Positions 47,204-57,523 of a DNA stretch of 64,000 bases are shown here, piece by piece. The stretch comes from an uncultured Eudoraea sp. (GTDB lineage Bacteria; Bacteroidota; Bacteroidia; Flavobacteriales; Flavobacteriaceae). The stretch lies in NCBI RefSeq assembly GCF_947258925.1, contig NZ_CAMYKG010000013.1:44313-108312 (forward strand). Direction: 5' to 3'. The notes under the pieces were generated by a model, which was not told where the DNA came from, did no database searches, and worked only from the letters and a program-made list of their open reading frames with translations. Position numbers and translations under genes: made by a program. Position 1 is the first letter of the stretch, and each line of letters starts with the position of its first letter.

Positions 47204-48637
47204 TTAAAACTCAGCGTTTTGAGGTGTTCTCGGAAAAGGTATCACATCTCTGATATTGCCCATTCCGGTAGCAAATTGAACCATTCGTTCAAAACCCATC
47301 CCAAAACCACTGTGAATGGCAGTGCCAAATTTCCTGAGGTCCAGGTACCACCATAGTTCTTCTTCATCAATTCCTAAAGTATCTATTTTTTCCTTGAGTA
47401 CGTCCAATCGTTCTTCACGCTGTGATCCCCCAACAATCTCACCAATCCCCGGAAAAAGAATATCCATGGCTCTAACTGTTTTACCATCTTCATTTAATCG
47501 CATATAAAATGCTTTAATTTTCGCGGGATAATCAAATAATATAACCGGGCACTTGAAGTGTTTTTCCACCAAAAATCGCTCGTGTTCACTTTGCAAATCA
47601 GCGCCCCATTCATTAATCGGGAACTGAAATTTTTTCTTTTTGTTAGGTTTGCTGTTCTTTAAAATTTCAATGGCTTCTGTATAGGTAATTCTGATAAATT
47701 TATTTTCTACGATAAATTTCAACCTTTCTATAAGAGACATTTCACTTCGTTCAGCCATGGGTTTGGTCTTTTCTTCATCAAGCAACCTTTTTTCCAGAAA
47801 TATCAAATCCCGTTCACAATTTTCTAGCAGGTAAGAGATAATATTCTTTATAAAATCTTCGGCCAGATCCATATTGTCCTTTAGGTCATAAAAGGCCATT
47901 TCAGGTTCTATCATCCAAAACTCTGCAAGATGCCTTGAAGTATTGGAATTTTCTGCTCTAAAAGTAGGACCAAAAGTGTAAACTTTACCCAATGCCATGG
48001 CATATGCCTCTGCCTCGAGCTGTCCTGATACAGTTAAATTTGTCTCCTTACCAAAGAAATCTTCTTTATAATTTACTTCCCCCTTATCTGTCAAAGGAGG
48101 CTTTATGGGATCTAAAGTGGATACTCTAAACATTTCACCTGCACCCTCTGCGTCCGAACCCGTAATAATGGGGGCATGAAAATAATAAAATCCATTTTTC
48201 TGAAAATATGCATGAATAGCATATGCCAATGCAGATCGCACACGCATCACAGCTGCGAAGGTATTTGTTCTAATTCTTAGATGTGCCTGTTCCCTTAAAA
48301 ATTCCATGGAATGTTTCTTGGGTTGAATAGGATATTCGTCAGGATCGGCACCACCGTGAACAAAGATATCTTTGACCTGAATTTCAACGCTTTGGCCTCT
48401 TCCCTGGCTTTCTACTAAGATTCCGTTTATTTGTAAAGCAGCTCCTGTAGCAATTTTTTTTAATAAATCTTCTTCCAATTCTTCAAAATCAACCACACAT
48501 TGAATATTGTCTATGGTAGAGCCATCATTTAGTGCAATGAATCTATTGCTTCTGAATGTCCGTACCCACCCATTTACTTCTACCTCCTGGTTTAAAAGAG
48601 GAGTTTGAAGAAGCTCTTTTATGCTATGCGATTTCAT
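47204..48637 (-). CDS. asnS: asparagine--tRNA ligase
   Basis: 477-aa class-II aaRS with an OB-fold N-terminus, FRAENSNTSRHLAEFWMIEPE and GFGMGFERM. Confidence 0.95.
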   Translation of the reverse strand: MKSHSIKELLQTPLLNQEVEVNGWVRTFRSNRFIALNDGSTIDNIQCVVDFEELEEDLLKKIATGAALQINGILVESQGRGQSVEIQVKDIFVHGGADPDEYPIQPKKHSMEFLREQAHLRIRTNTFAAVMRVRSALAYAIHAYFQKNGFYYFHAPIITGSDAEGAGEMFRVSTLDPIKPPLTDKGEVNYKEDFFGKETNLTVSGQLEAEAYAMALGKVYTFGPTFRAENSNTSRHLAEFWMIEPEMAFYDLKDNMDLAEDFIKNIISYLLENCERDLIFLEKRLLDEEKTKPMAERSEMSLIERLKFIVENKFIRITYTEAIEILKNSKPNKKKKFQFPINEWGADLQSEHERFLVEKHFKCPVILFDYPAKIKAFYMRLNEDGKTVRAMDILFPGIGEIVGGSQREERLDVLKEKIDTLGIDEEELWWYLDLRKFGTAIHSGFGMGFERMVQFATGMGNIRDVIPFPRTPQNAEF

Positions 48638-48742
48638 ATGAGATCATTTCTGAATTTGAACGTCAAAGATAACTTTTTGGCAAAAATATATACCGATAAA
48701 CCGTTGATAAAATACCATCCAGGCTAGTCTGGCTAAAAAATG

Positions 48743-51136
48743 CTATCTGCTTCCTGGCAATTCTTCTTTTGGAAGTATATCTATTTGAGGTTTTTTCAAG
48801 ACTTGTTTGTTGGCAATGCTTCGTTCTAACGAGAGAAGCAGTGAAGGGAGTAAAATCAAATTTGCCAGCATGGCAAAGAGTAAAGTTGCAGATACCAACG
48901 CTCCCAGTGCTACCGTTCCTCCAAAACTCGATATTGTAAATACTGAAAAACCAAAGAAAAGTACGATGGATGTATAAAACATACTTACCCCAGTCTCGCG
49001 TAAAGCTGCATAAACTGATTTTTGAATACGCCAATGGTTGGCAGACAGTTCTTGCCTGTATTTTGCCAGAAAATGAATGGTATCGTCTACCGAAATACCA
49101 AATGCAATGCTAAAAACCAATATTGTTGAAGGTTTAATGGGTACACCAACAAATCCCATAACTCCGGCCGTAACCGCCAAAGGCAAAAGATTTGGAATCA
49201 AAGAAATAACAATCATTCTAAACGAACGGAATAAATAAGCGATGAATAGGGCTATTAAAACTATGGCAAGGGATAAGGACATCACCAAATTCTTTACCAG
49301 ATACTTGGTGCCTTTTAGAAAAAGTAGTGCTTTTCCGGTGACATAGACATTGAAACGATCTGCAGGGAAAATCTTTGTGATTTCATCAAGAATGGATTTT
49401 TCAATTTCCTCCATACGTTCCGTTGGAACATCTTTGATGAATGTAGTAATCCTGGCTATCTGACCCGTACTGTCAACAAAATTACCGATTAAGCTTTCAT
49501 TGCCCTGCGACTTCCTGGCTACATCCATAATAAAATTATATTCCTGTGAAGTAGGTAATTGATAGTATTTAGGAATGCCACTATAAAAGGCCTGCTTGGA
49601 ATATTTCACTAAATTAACAACGGATATGGGTTTTGATAATTCCGGGGTGCGATCAATATGTTCCCCCAGTTGATTCATTTTATTCAGCGAAACTGGTTTT
49701 AAGACACCTTTTTTTCTTTCGGTATCAACAACAATCTCAATAGGCATAATACCGTTAAACTCTTCGTCAAAAAAGCGTATGTCTTTATAAAACTCCGTAT
49801 TTCTAGGCATATCTTCCACAAGGTTACCGGAAATCTTGATTTGATAAATCCCGATTATACTAATTATTAAAGCTATTAGGGAGATCGAATAAATAGTTAT
49901 TCTTTTTTCCCGTACCAGATACTCCATCCAATTCACAAAAGCATCTATCCACTTTTTGTTAAGATGTTTCAGGTGCTTTGTTTTAGGCGGATACATAAAA
50001 CTATATACGATGGGTATAATCAGTATAGAAAGGATAAAAATGCATAGGATGTTTATGGACGCTACTATCCCAAACTCCGTCAAAAGTTTACTGTCTGTTA
50101 TTATAAAAGTTGCAAAACCACAGGCCGTAGTAACATTTGTCATGAGCGTGGCATTACCAATTTTTGCAATTACTCTTTTTAAGGATAAAGCCTGATTTCC
50201 ATGTTTTTTTACTTCTTGCTGGTATTTATTAATAAGAAAAATACAATTAGGTATCCCAATTACAATAATGAGTGGGGGAATCAATGCAGTTAAAACGGTA
50301 ATTTCATATCTTAAAAGTCCCAGTATTCCAAAGGCCCACATAACCCCTATTAGGACGACACTCATAGAAATAAATGTTGCGCGAAAACTGCGGAAAAAGA
50401 AAAAGAAAATCAGGGAGGTAACAATAAGTGCCGCTGCAATAAAAACTCCTATTTCATCAATGATATGTTGTGTATTCATGGTTCGCACATAGGGCATACC
50501 TGATACACGAACATCCATTTTTGTTTCTTCTTCAAAATCGGATATCACCGTATGAAGGTCTTTTAATATAAAATCTTTTCGAACAGGAGTATTTACGATG
50601 TCCTTATCTAGATAGACCAGTGTCCTTATCGTTCCGGTCTCCTTATTATACAAGAGATTATCATAGAAAGGTAAATTGTCGAACATGTATCGGGTAAGAC
50701 TGTCGACCTGCTTTTCATTCACCGGAGCCTTTACAATTAAAGGTCGCAGTTCAAATTCTTGTTTTTGCTTACTCTTTATTAGCTCTTGAAGGTTTTCAGT
50801 AGACACTACATAGTCTACTTCAGGAAAGGCAGCCAGTTGTTTACTTAATCTATTCCAACGATTAAAGTTTTCAACCTTATAAAATGCGCTGTCTTTAATA
50901 GCGAACGCAATGGTATTACCTTCTTCACCAAACTTTGCAAGAAAAGCTTCGTATTCAATATTTAAGGGGTGGTCATCCGGCAGTAAATTTGCTTCGGAGG
51001 TAGCAAACTGCATATTCTTCCATTGAAACGCCAAAAAAATAGTAACCCCTGTTATTAAAAATAGGATCAGAATTCTGTTTCTAAGAATAATTGTTGCAAC
51101 CTTTCCCCAAAATCCTCTTGTAATCTTTGCAACCAT
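48743..51136 (-). CDS. MMPL/RND-superfamily exporter (two sterol-sensing-like 6-TM bundles)
   Basis: 797-aa ORF with duplicated architecture: a periplasmic domain plus a TM bundle, twice. Confidence 0.85.
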   Translation of the reverse strand: MVAKITRGFWGKVATIILRNRILILFLITGVTIFLAFQWKNMQFATSEANLLPDDHPLNIEYEAFLAKFGEEGNTIAFAIKDSAFYKVENFNRWNRLSKQLAAFPEVDYVVSTENLQELIKSKQKQEFELRPLIVKAPVNEKQVDSLTRYMFDNLPFYDNLLYNKETGTIRTLVYLDKDIVNTPVRKDFILKDLHTVISDFEEETKMDVRVSGMPYVRTMNTQHIIDEIGVFIAAALIVTSLIFFFFFRSFRATFISMSVVLIGVMWAFGILGLLRYEITVLTALIPPLIIVIGIPNCIFLINKYQQEVKKHGNQALSLKRVIAKIGNATLMTNVTTACGFATFIITDSKLLTEFGIVASINILCIFILSILIIPIVYSFMYPPKTKHLKHLNKKWIDAFVNWMEYLVREKRITIYSISLIALIISIIGIYQIKISGNLVEDMPRNTEFYKDIRFFDEEFNGIMPIEIVVDTERKKGVLKPVSLNKMNQLGEHIDRTPELSKPISVVNLVKYSKQAFYSGIPKYYQLPTSQEYNFIMDVARKSQGNESLIGNFVDSTGQIARITTFIKDVPTERMEEIEKSILDEITKIFPADRFNVYVTGKALLFLKGTKYLVKNLVMSLSLAIVLIALFIAYLFRSFRMIVISLIPNLLPLAVTAGVMGFVGVPIKPSTILVFSIAFGISVDDTIHFLAKYRQELSANHWRIQKSVYAALRETGVSMFYTSIVLFFGFSVFTISSFGGTVALGALVSATLLFAMLANLILLPSLLLSLERSIANKQVLKKPQIDILPKEELPGSR

Positions 51137-51438
51137 ACTTCTAATATGAATCCATACTTTTAATAACCGCCCGAATACTTTTTTGCATTAAATACGCGTA
51201 CTCTGTATATCTTGGTACCAATAGCAGTTTTATTAAAGATAATCTTAGTTAAAGTTAATAATAGCGGCAAAGGTAGAAAAGAACATGGACTGTACCTAGA
51301 AACCCTTAATAAATTAGAAGATCAGTAAATTAATCCGTATCATCTTTAAACAGCTAAAAAATGTACATAAATTAAATTGGTCTATAATTTAGAATGATTA
51401 AACTTCGTATTCATAAATGTCTTTAAAGGAATGATGAA

Positions 51439-51552
51439 ATGTCTGATGAAAAGAACTATAGTAGAATTGCAATTATACTTTACAGAGCATTAATAGTAAT
51501 TTGTGCTATAATTGTAATTGTGGCGATAATTGCAATTTATTTCAAGGGATAG
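51439..51552 (+). CDS. possible 37-aa single-TM peptide
   Basis: MSDEKNYSRIAIILYRALIVICAIIVIVAIIAIYFKG in a 540-bp intergenic region. No other support. Confidence 0.2.
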   Translation: MSDEKNYSRIAIILYRALIVICAIIVIVAIIAIYFKG

Positions 51553-51624
51553 CATGCACTGGATTTAGGGAATTAAGTTACCAAATACAACTTTAAATTC
51601 TATTTCAGCCCTATTTTCAATGGA

Positions 51625-51655
51625 ATAAAAAAAGCAACTTATAAAAGTCGCTTTT
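51625..51655 (-). terminator. rho-independent terminator downstream of frr
   Basis: On the minus strand, hairpin AAGCGACTTTTATAAGTTGCTT followed by a T-run. Confidence 0.6.
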
Positions 51656-51679
51656 ATAATTATGAGTTATAAGTTGAAA

Positions 51680-52234
51680 TCAGACTTTCATAATTTCAGC
51701 CTCTTTAACATCCAGGATATTGTCTATTTTTTCGGTGTAAGAATTGGTCATTTCCTGGATATCGATTTCAGCATTTTTTTCCAGATCTTCCGAAATCCCC
51801 ATGTTTTTTATTTCTTTGTTGGCTTCTTGTCTTGCACTTCGAACGCTTATTTTAGCTTCCTCTGCTTCAGCCTTAGCTTGTTTCACCAGTTGTATTCTCC
51901 TTTCTTCTGTAAGCGGAGGAACATTAATAATGACCATCTCACCATTATTCATAGGATTAAATCCAAGGTTTGCATTCATAATGGCTGTTTCTATTTCAGA
52001 CAACATGCTTTTCTCCCATGGCTGTACCGATAGTGTTCGGGCATCAGGAGTATTTATATTTGAAACCTGAGACAATGGAGTTTGTGAGCCATAATATTCT
52101 ACCATAACCGTTGAAAGCATTGATGGATTAGCCTTCCCGGCCCTGATTTTTATCAACGCTTTCTCTAAATGTAATATGGCTGCATCCATACTATCTTTAG
52201 TAGCCTCTAAAATAAATTTAACATCTTCGTTCAT
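51680..52234 (-). CDS. frr: ribosome recycling factor
   Basis: 184-aa ORF, RRF-like throughout (IRAGKANPSML..., PPLTEERR). Confidence 0.95.
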   Translation of the reverse strand: MNEDVKFILEATKDSMDAAILHLEKALIKIRAGKANPSMLSTVMVEYYGSQTPLSQVSNINTPDARTLSVQPWEKSMLSEIETAIMNANLGFNPMNNGEMVIINVPPLTEERRIQLVKQAKAEAEEAKISVRSARQEANKEIKNMGISEDLEKNAEIDIQEMTNSYTEKIDNILDVKEAEIMKV

Positions 52235-52273
52235 AATTAAATTTTATAACATATTAACACAAAGTATACCGTT

Positions 52274-52981
52274 CTACAAATCGACAACCGTACCAATATT
52301 TTCTCCCGATACTATTTTAAGAAGATTGCCTTTTTTATTCATGTCAAATACTACGATTGGGAGATTGTTTTCCTGACTTAATGTAAAAGCCGTCGTATCC
52401 ATAACCTTTAAACCCTTGGTAAGGACATCTTCAAATGTAATAGTTTCGAATTTAGTGGCACTTTTATCCTTTTCAGGATCACTGGTGTATATACCATCAA
52501 CTCTTGTGCCTTTTAAAATAACATTGGCTTCAATTTCAATAGCCCTTAAGACAGCAGCTGAATCCGTGGTGAAATAAGGGTTTCCTGTACCTCCACCAAA
52601 AATGACTACTCGTCCTTTTTCCAGATGGCGCATTGCCCTTCTTCTAATAAAAGGTTCTGCAACTTCATTGATCTTTATCGCAGATTGTAACCTTGTTTGA
52701 ACTCCTTTGTCTTCCAAAGCACTTTGTAAAGCCAGTCCATTTATAACGGTCGCCAACATGCCCATGTGATCCCCTTGAACCCTGTCCATTCCATTGCTTG
52801 CTCCTGCCAGCCCTCTAAAGATATTTCCACCTCCAATTACAATTGCCACTTCCACACCTAAGTCCACCACTTCCTTTATTTCTTCAGCATAGGCCGATAG
52901 TCTGCTGGCATCAATACCATATTGCTTATTGCCCATTAGTGCTTCACCGCTGAGTTTGAGAAGTATTCTTTTATATAACAT
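52274..52981 (-). CDS. pyrH: UMP kinase
   Basis: The ORF extends to 53017, but the conserved start is [15 protein letters not shown] at 52981. The 235-aa product is PyrH-like throughout. Confidence 0.92.
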   Translation of the reverse strand: MLYKRILLKLSGEALMGNKQYGIDASRLSAYAEEIKEVVDLGVEVAIVIGGGNIFRGLAGASNGMDRVQGDHMGMLATVINGLALQSALEDKGVQTRLQSAIKINEVAEPFIRRRAMRHLEKGRVVIFGGGTGNPYFTTDSAAVLRAIEIEANVILKGTRVDGIYTSDPEKDKSATKFETITFEDVLTKGLKVMDTTAFTLSQENNLPIVVFDMNKKGNLLKIVSGENIGTVVDL

Positions 52982-53136
52982 ATTGTCTCTGCCTGATTTG
53001 CAAACAAAAATAGTCAAAAATATTTACGGGAACTCTTCGTTAATAAGTTTAATACCTTCCTAATTATTTCATAACAACATGGATGATATGGAATAATTTT
53101 AATAATCTTGTTTTAGTATTTAGTACATAAATAGGC

Positions 53137-55008
53137 ATGAATAAACTAATTATACTAGCTGTTCTCCTCGTTACATTGTATGGATGTGGTAGTTCAAAAT
53201 CTGTATTATCAGCAGATAAAGAAGTTATTAAGACAACTATAGACTTAGTAAATGTAAATAATGACAGGGTAAAGGTTACCGTGGACCCCGGGCTATTCAG
53301 TAAAAAAAGCATAAGTTTTTTTATACCAAAAACTGTCCCGGGAACCTATAGTGAAGACAATTATGGAAAGTATATTGAAGACTTTAAGGCTTATGATTAT
53401 AATGGCCGGGAGCTTAAATTTACAACAGTTGGAGTCAATGAATGGAACATATCCGATGCTTCTGAATTAGATAAGGTTGTTTACTATGTTACAGATACCT
53501 ATGATTCGGAATACGAACAAAATGATCCGGTATTTTCTCCGGCAGGAACAAATATTTTAAAGGGAAAGAATTTTCTGTTGAACCTTCATGGTTTTGTGGG
53601 ATATTTTGAGGAATTAAAACAAGTTCCTTATGAGTTAAGTGTCAGCTCTCCGGTGGATTTGGTACCTGCCACTTCGCTGGTAAAAAAACAAAGTGAAGCC
53701 AATGATACGACTGATATTTTCCTGGCCTCGAGATATTTTGAGGTTGTAGATAATCCCATTCTTTATGCAAAGGCAAATACAGCTTCTTTTGCCGTCAATG
53801 ATATCACCATTAACTTGAGCATATACTCACCTAATAGTCTATATGATGCTGCTGATTTAAAGCCGAGCATGGAAAGTATGATGAGGGCTCAGAAGGCTTT
53901 TCTGGGAGATATTGACGGCACCAAAGAATATAATATTTTGTTGTACCTATCAACACTAGATGAAAACGATGCGTCAGGATTTGGCGCTTTGGAGCACCAT
54001 ACTTCTACCGTAGTTGTGATGCCGGAACAAATGCCAAAATCAGTTTTGGAAAAGGCTATGATTGATGTCGTTTCACATGAATTTTTTCATATAGTTACAC
54101 CCTTGAATGTACATTCTAAGGAGATACAATATTTTGACTATAATGATCCCAAAATGTCGGAGCACCTATGGATGTATGAAGGGACTACGGAATATTTTGC
54201 CCACCTGTTTCAAATTCAGCAAGGTCTTATAAATGAACCCGAATTTTATAAGCGCATTGTAGATAAGATAAATAACTCCAAGTCATTTGATGATGTTATG
54301 TCGTTTACAACTATGAGCAAAAATGTTTTGGATGATCCTTACAAAGCAAATTATGGTAATGTATATGAGAAGGGGGCTTTACTTAATATGACTTTGGATA
54401 TTAGGCTCAGGGAATTAAGTGATGGTGAAAAGGGAGTATTGTGGTTGATGAAGGAGCTTTCAAAAAAATATGATAATGATACGCCATTCGATGACACGGA
54501 AATTATTGACGAAATTGTTGATATGACCTATCCGGAAATAAAGTCCTTTTTTGATACTTATGTCATTGGAACTACCGCCCTGGATTATGATGAAATTTTA
54601 GCCTCAGTTGGATTAAAAACCGCTGATATTCAGGAACCCAGCGGATATTTTATAAATGGCGAAATACCCTTTATTGATATTGATCAAGCTAATGAAGATG
54701 CTATTATTATTAGAAAAGGGATAGAATTAAATACATTCTTTACGAATCTTGGTGCACAAGGGGGTGATACCATTAAGAGTATTGATGGTATACCTATTTC
54801 ATTAGAGTCTATCAGGACAATTATTGGACAAAGTTTATGGTGGTCAGCCGATAGAGAAATTACTATGGTGGTGCAAAGGGGAGAGGAGGAATTGGTGCTC
54901 GAGGGTAAAGTCGGAAACCCAACCCTGAAGGTAACCACGATAGTACCTATAGATGAGATGGAAAATACACCTCAATCTCAACTACGAAAGTACTGGTTAA
55001 AAAGCTAG
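53137..55008 (+). CDS. M61-type metallopeptidase with C-terminal PDZ domain (lipoprotein)
   Basis: 623-aa ORF with a lipobox LYGCGS, a HEFFH zinc motif with a downstream E (WMYEGTTEY), and a PDZ-like C-terminus. Confidence 0.82.
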   Translation: MNKLIILAVLLVTLYGCGSSKSVLSADKEVIKTTIDLVNVNNDRVKVTVDPGLFSKKSISFFIPKTVPGTYSEDNYGKYIEDFKAYDYNGRELKFTTVGVNEWNISDASELDKVVYYVTDTYDSEYEQNDPVFSPAGTNILKGKNFLLNLHGFVGYFEELKQVPYELSVSSPVDLVPATSLVKKQSEANDTTDIFLASRYFEVVDNPILYAKANTASFAVNDITINLSIYSPNSLYDAADLKPSMESMMRAQKAFLGDIDGTKEYNILLYLSTLDENDASGFGALEHHTSTVVVMPEQMPKSVLEKAMIDVVSHEFFHIVTPLNVHSKEIQYFDYNDPKMSEHLWMYEGTTEYFAHLFQIQQGLINEPEFYKRIVDKINNSKSFDDVMSFTTMSKNVLDDPYKANYGNVYEKGALLNMTLDIRLRELSDGEKGVLWLMKELSKKYDNDTPFDDTEIIDEIVDMTYPEIKSFFDTYVIGTTALDYDEILASVGLKTADIQEPSGYFINGEIPFIDIDQANEDAIIIRKGIELNTFFTNLGAQGGDTIKSIDGIPISLESIRTIIGQSLWWSADREITMVVQRGEEELVLEGKVGNPTLKVTTIVPIDEMENTPQSQLRKYWLKS

Positions 55009-55181
55009 GAATAAAAAAAGATTTTATCTTTGAATTCCGTCTCAAAATAATGCTTAGTTATACACAGGTCGGACAGCTACAATATTGAAAAATAAGGTGT
55101 CTGCATAGAATTCAGAACTTTTGAAAAAACCAGAATCAAACTCTGGGTATTATAAGGGTGGATTAGGAAAAATAGTTGAAA

Positions 55182-55212
55182 CAAAAAACCACTTTTCATA
55201 CTGAAAAGTGGT
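55182..55212 (-). terminator. rho-independent terminator downstream of tsf
   Basis: On the minus strand, hairpin ACCACTTTTCAGTATGAAAAGTGGT followed by T6. Confidence 0.7.
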
Positions 55213-55238
55213 CTTTACCTTCTGATAATTTTGTGAAT

Positions 55239-56063
55239 TTACCCTAAAGCTACTCTTTCAAACCCTGTGATTTCCAACTTTGGATCTACAGATTTGACAT
55301 ACTGAGATACACTTTGCTTATTATCTTTAATAAAAGCCTGATTAACCAGTGTATTGTCCTTAAAGAAACGTTTTAATTTTCCCTTGGCTATGTTATCCAG
55401 CATAGCTTCAGGTTTACCTTCTTGCCTTAATTGTTCTTTGGCAATTTCTATTTCTTTATCAATAACCGACTGATCTACGGCAGCTTCATCGAGTCCAACA
55501 GGATTCATAGCCGCAGCCTGCATGGCTACATCTTTTGCGGCAACTTCAGCACCTTCAACCGCACTTGACAGTCCAACTAAGGTTGCTATTTTGTTTCCTG
55601 CATGAATATATGATCCTACAAAAGGGGCGTTAAGCTTTCTAAAACCACCAATTTCAATTTTTTCTCCAATAACACCAGTCTGTTCTGTAAGTTTTTCCTG
55701 AACTGTTAGTCCATTAAAGCTGGCATTAAGAAATTCATCTTTGTTGTCAAAATCTAGTGCAAGTTCTGCCAAATTATTGGCAAGGGTAACAAAACTATCA
55801 TTCTTAGCAACAAAATCTGTTTCACAATTAAGTGAAATAATAACGCCACTTGTTTTCTCAGAATTAACCCGTGCAATTGTAGCTCCCTCAGAAGAATCTC
55901 TGTCAGCCCTCTTTGCGGCCACTTTCTGTCCTTTTTTTCTAAGGATTTCAATTGCTTTTTCAAAATCTCCTTCTGCCTCAACCAACGCCTTTTTGCAGTC
56001 CATCATTCCTGCGCCTGTAGTTTTTCGTAAATTGTTAACTTCTGCAGCGGTAACTTTAACCAT
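55239..56063 (-). CDS. tsf: translation elongation factor Ts
   Basis: 274-aa ORF with the N-terminal UBA-like segment VNNLRKTTGAGMMDCKKALVEAEGD. Confidence 0.95.
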   Translation of the reverse strand: MVKVTAAEVNNLRKTTGAGMMDCKKALVEAEGDFEKAIEILRKKGQKVAAKRADRDSSEGATIARVNSEKTSGVIISLNCETDFVAKNDSFVTLANNLAELALDFDNKDEFLNASFNGLTVQEKLTEQTGVIGEKIEIGGFRKLNAPFVGSYIHAGNKIATLVGLSSAVEGAEVAAKDVAMQAAAMNPVGLDEAAVDQSVIDKEIEIAKEQLRQEGKPEAMLDNIAKGKLKRFFKDNTLVNQAFIKDNKQSVSQYVKSVDPKLEITGFERVALG

Positions 56064-56126
56064 TTTATTTAGTTTTTAGTGAACACGTCAGCACGTATTC
56101 AGTTCTCAATTTTTTATAAATACTTG

Positions 56127-57296
56127 TTATTCAACTCCACCTTTCACCTTATCCTGCCAGGCTTTCAATTCATCCCAGTGTCCTTCTGCAGCCATTTCGG
56201 ATTGTTTTGGCCAGGAAGAAGGATCAAGATGCGCCATTCTTGAGCTTGCCTCAGTCAGGATTTCCTTAATCTTTTCAGGATCTGTTTTTGCTAAACTCGC
56301 ATAGGAACCAATTCCAGCCTTAGTAAGTGCTTCAGCTGCCTTCGGTCCAATACCTTCAATCTTGGTTAGGTTGTCAGAGGCTGTTTTTTCAGATTTTTTT
56401 ACTGCCACTTTCTCAACTTTCTCCTCAGTTGCTTTTGCTTCTTCCGGCTTTTTCTTAGGAGTATCTTTTTCCTTTACTGCTTCTGACTTCTCAGTCTTGG
56501 CGGGTTCGGCCGGGGCTGCAACTTTTTCCTCCGTTTTTTTAGTCGCTTTCGTTTCTTTAGGAGTCGGTTGCTCAGATGCACCTTCCTTAGCAGCTTGTTT
56601 TTCTGATTTGCGCTCTTCCAGCCCAACTGCGATTGCATTAGTAACCTCTGTCAAAATCACATTAATGGATTTAGAGGCATCGTCGTTAGATGGTATCACA
56701 TAGTTAATTGGCCTGGGATCTGAGTTTGTATCCACCATGGCAAAAATTGGAATGTTCAATTTTTGTGCTTCTTTTACCGCAATGTGCTCACGCATAGTAT
56801 CGACAATGAACAATGCGCCCGGTAAACGTGTCATATCAGAAATAGAACCAAGGTTTTTTTCCAGTTTAGCACGAAGACGATCTACCTGTAAACGCTCTTT
56901 TTTAGAAAGTGTATTAAATGTTCCATCTTTCTTCATCCTATCAATAGAGGCCATTTTCTTAACCGCCTTTCTGATCGTAACAAAGTTTGTCAACATCCCA
57001 CCCGGCCATCTTTCTGTGATGTAGGGCATGTTTACATTGGACACTTTTTCAGCAACGATATCCTTTGCCTGTTTCTTTGTCGCAACAAATAGTATTTTTC
57101 TTCCGGATGCGGCAATTTTAGATAAGGCCTCACTAGCCTCTTCTAATTTAGCAACCGTTTTATATAAATTGATTACGTGAATTCCATTCCGCTCCATGTA
57201 GATGTAAGGAGCCATATTCGGATTCCATTTTCTTGTAAGGTGTCCAAAGTGTACACCTGCTTCTAATAATTCTTTAACTTCAGCTTTTTTTGCCAT
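56127..57296 (-). CDS. rpsB: 30S ribosomal protein S2 with a ~160-aa C-terminal extension (K/E/A/P-rich linker plus helix-hairpin-helix-like domain)
   Basis: Residues 1-228 are a canonical S2 (GVHFGHLTRKWNP...). Residues 229-306 are low complexity. Residues 307-389 contain LTKIEGIGPKAAEALTKAGI, a HhH GIG motif. Confidence 0.93.
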   Translation of the reverse strand: MAKKAEVKELLEAGVHFGHLTRKWNPNMAPYIYMERNGIHVINLYKTVAKLEEASEALSKIAASGRKILFVATKKQAKDIVAEKVSNVNMPYITERWPGGMLTNFVTIRKAVKKMASIDRMKKDGTFNTLSKKERLQVDRLRAKLEKNLGSISDMTRLPGALFIVDTMREHIAVKEAQKLNIPIFAMVDTNSDPRPINYVIPSNDDASKSINVILTEVTNAIAVGLEERKSEKQAAKEGASEQPTPKETKATKKTEEKVAAPAEPAKTEKSEAVKEKDTPKKKPEEAKATEEKVEKVAVKKSEKTASDNLTKIEGIGPKAAEALTKAGIGSYASLAKTDPEKIKEILTEASSRMAHLDPSSWPKQSEMAAEGHWDELKAWQDKVKGGVE

Positions 57297-57523
57297 TTTA
57301 ATACTTAGTTTACGTTCTTTTGAATTAGCAATGATGAAGTGGTATTCCTGTTAAGGGAAAGCCTCCAACATTTAGATGCTAAACTAAATTTAACCTTTAC
57401 CTGATTTTGACACATCGCAATCACGATGTTTACAGGTTCGGGTTTTTAATTGTCCCTATGACAAGAGACTTTCAATGAACTTGGGTTAATATCCTGAAAT
57501 CTTTTCAGGACTAAATAATAATT

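Noticed and set aside
48663-49034. 123-aa minus-strand ORF overlapping the 3' end of the MMPL exporter gene in another frame
   Set aside because: It overlaps the conserved C-terminal TM bundle of the 797-aa exporter. It has no independent motif and an implausible composition.
52982-53017. N-terminal 12-codon extension of pyrH ([12 protein letters not shown])
   Set aside because: The conserved UMP kinase N-terminus begins at [15 protein letters not shown]. The upstream ATG adds non-conserved residues, so I chose the internal start at 52981.
56378-56612. K/E/A/T-rich repetitive DNA within rpsB, considered as a tandem DNA repeat
   Set aside because: There is no exact nucleotide periodicity. 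It is biased-composition coding sequence, the linker of the S2 extension, rather than a discrete repeat element.
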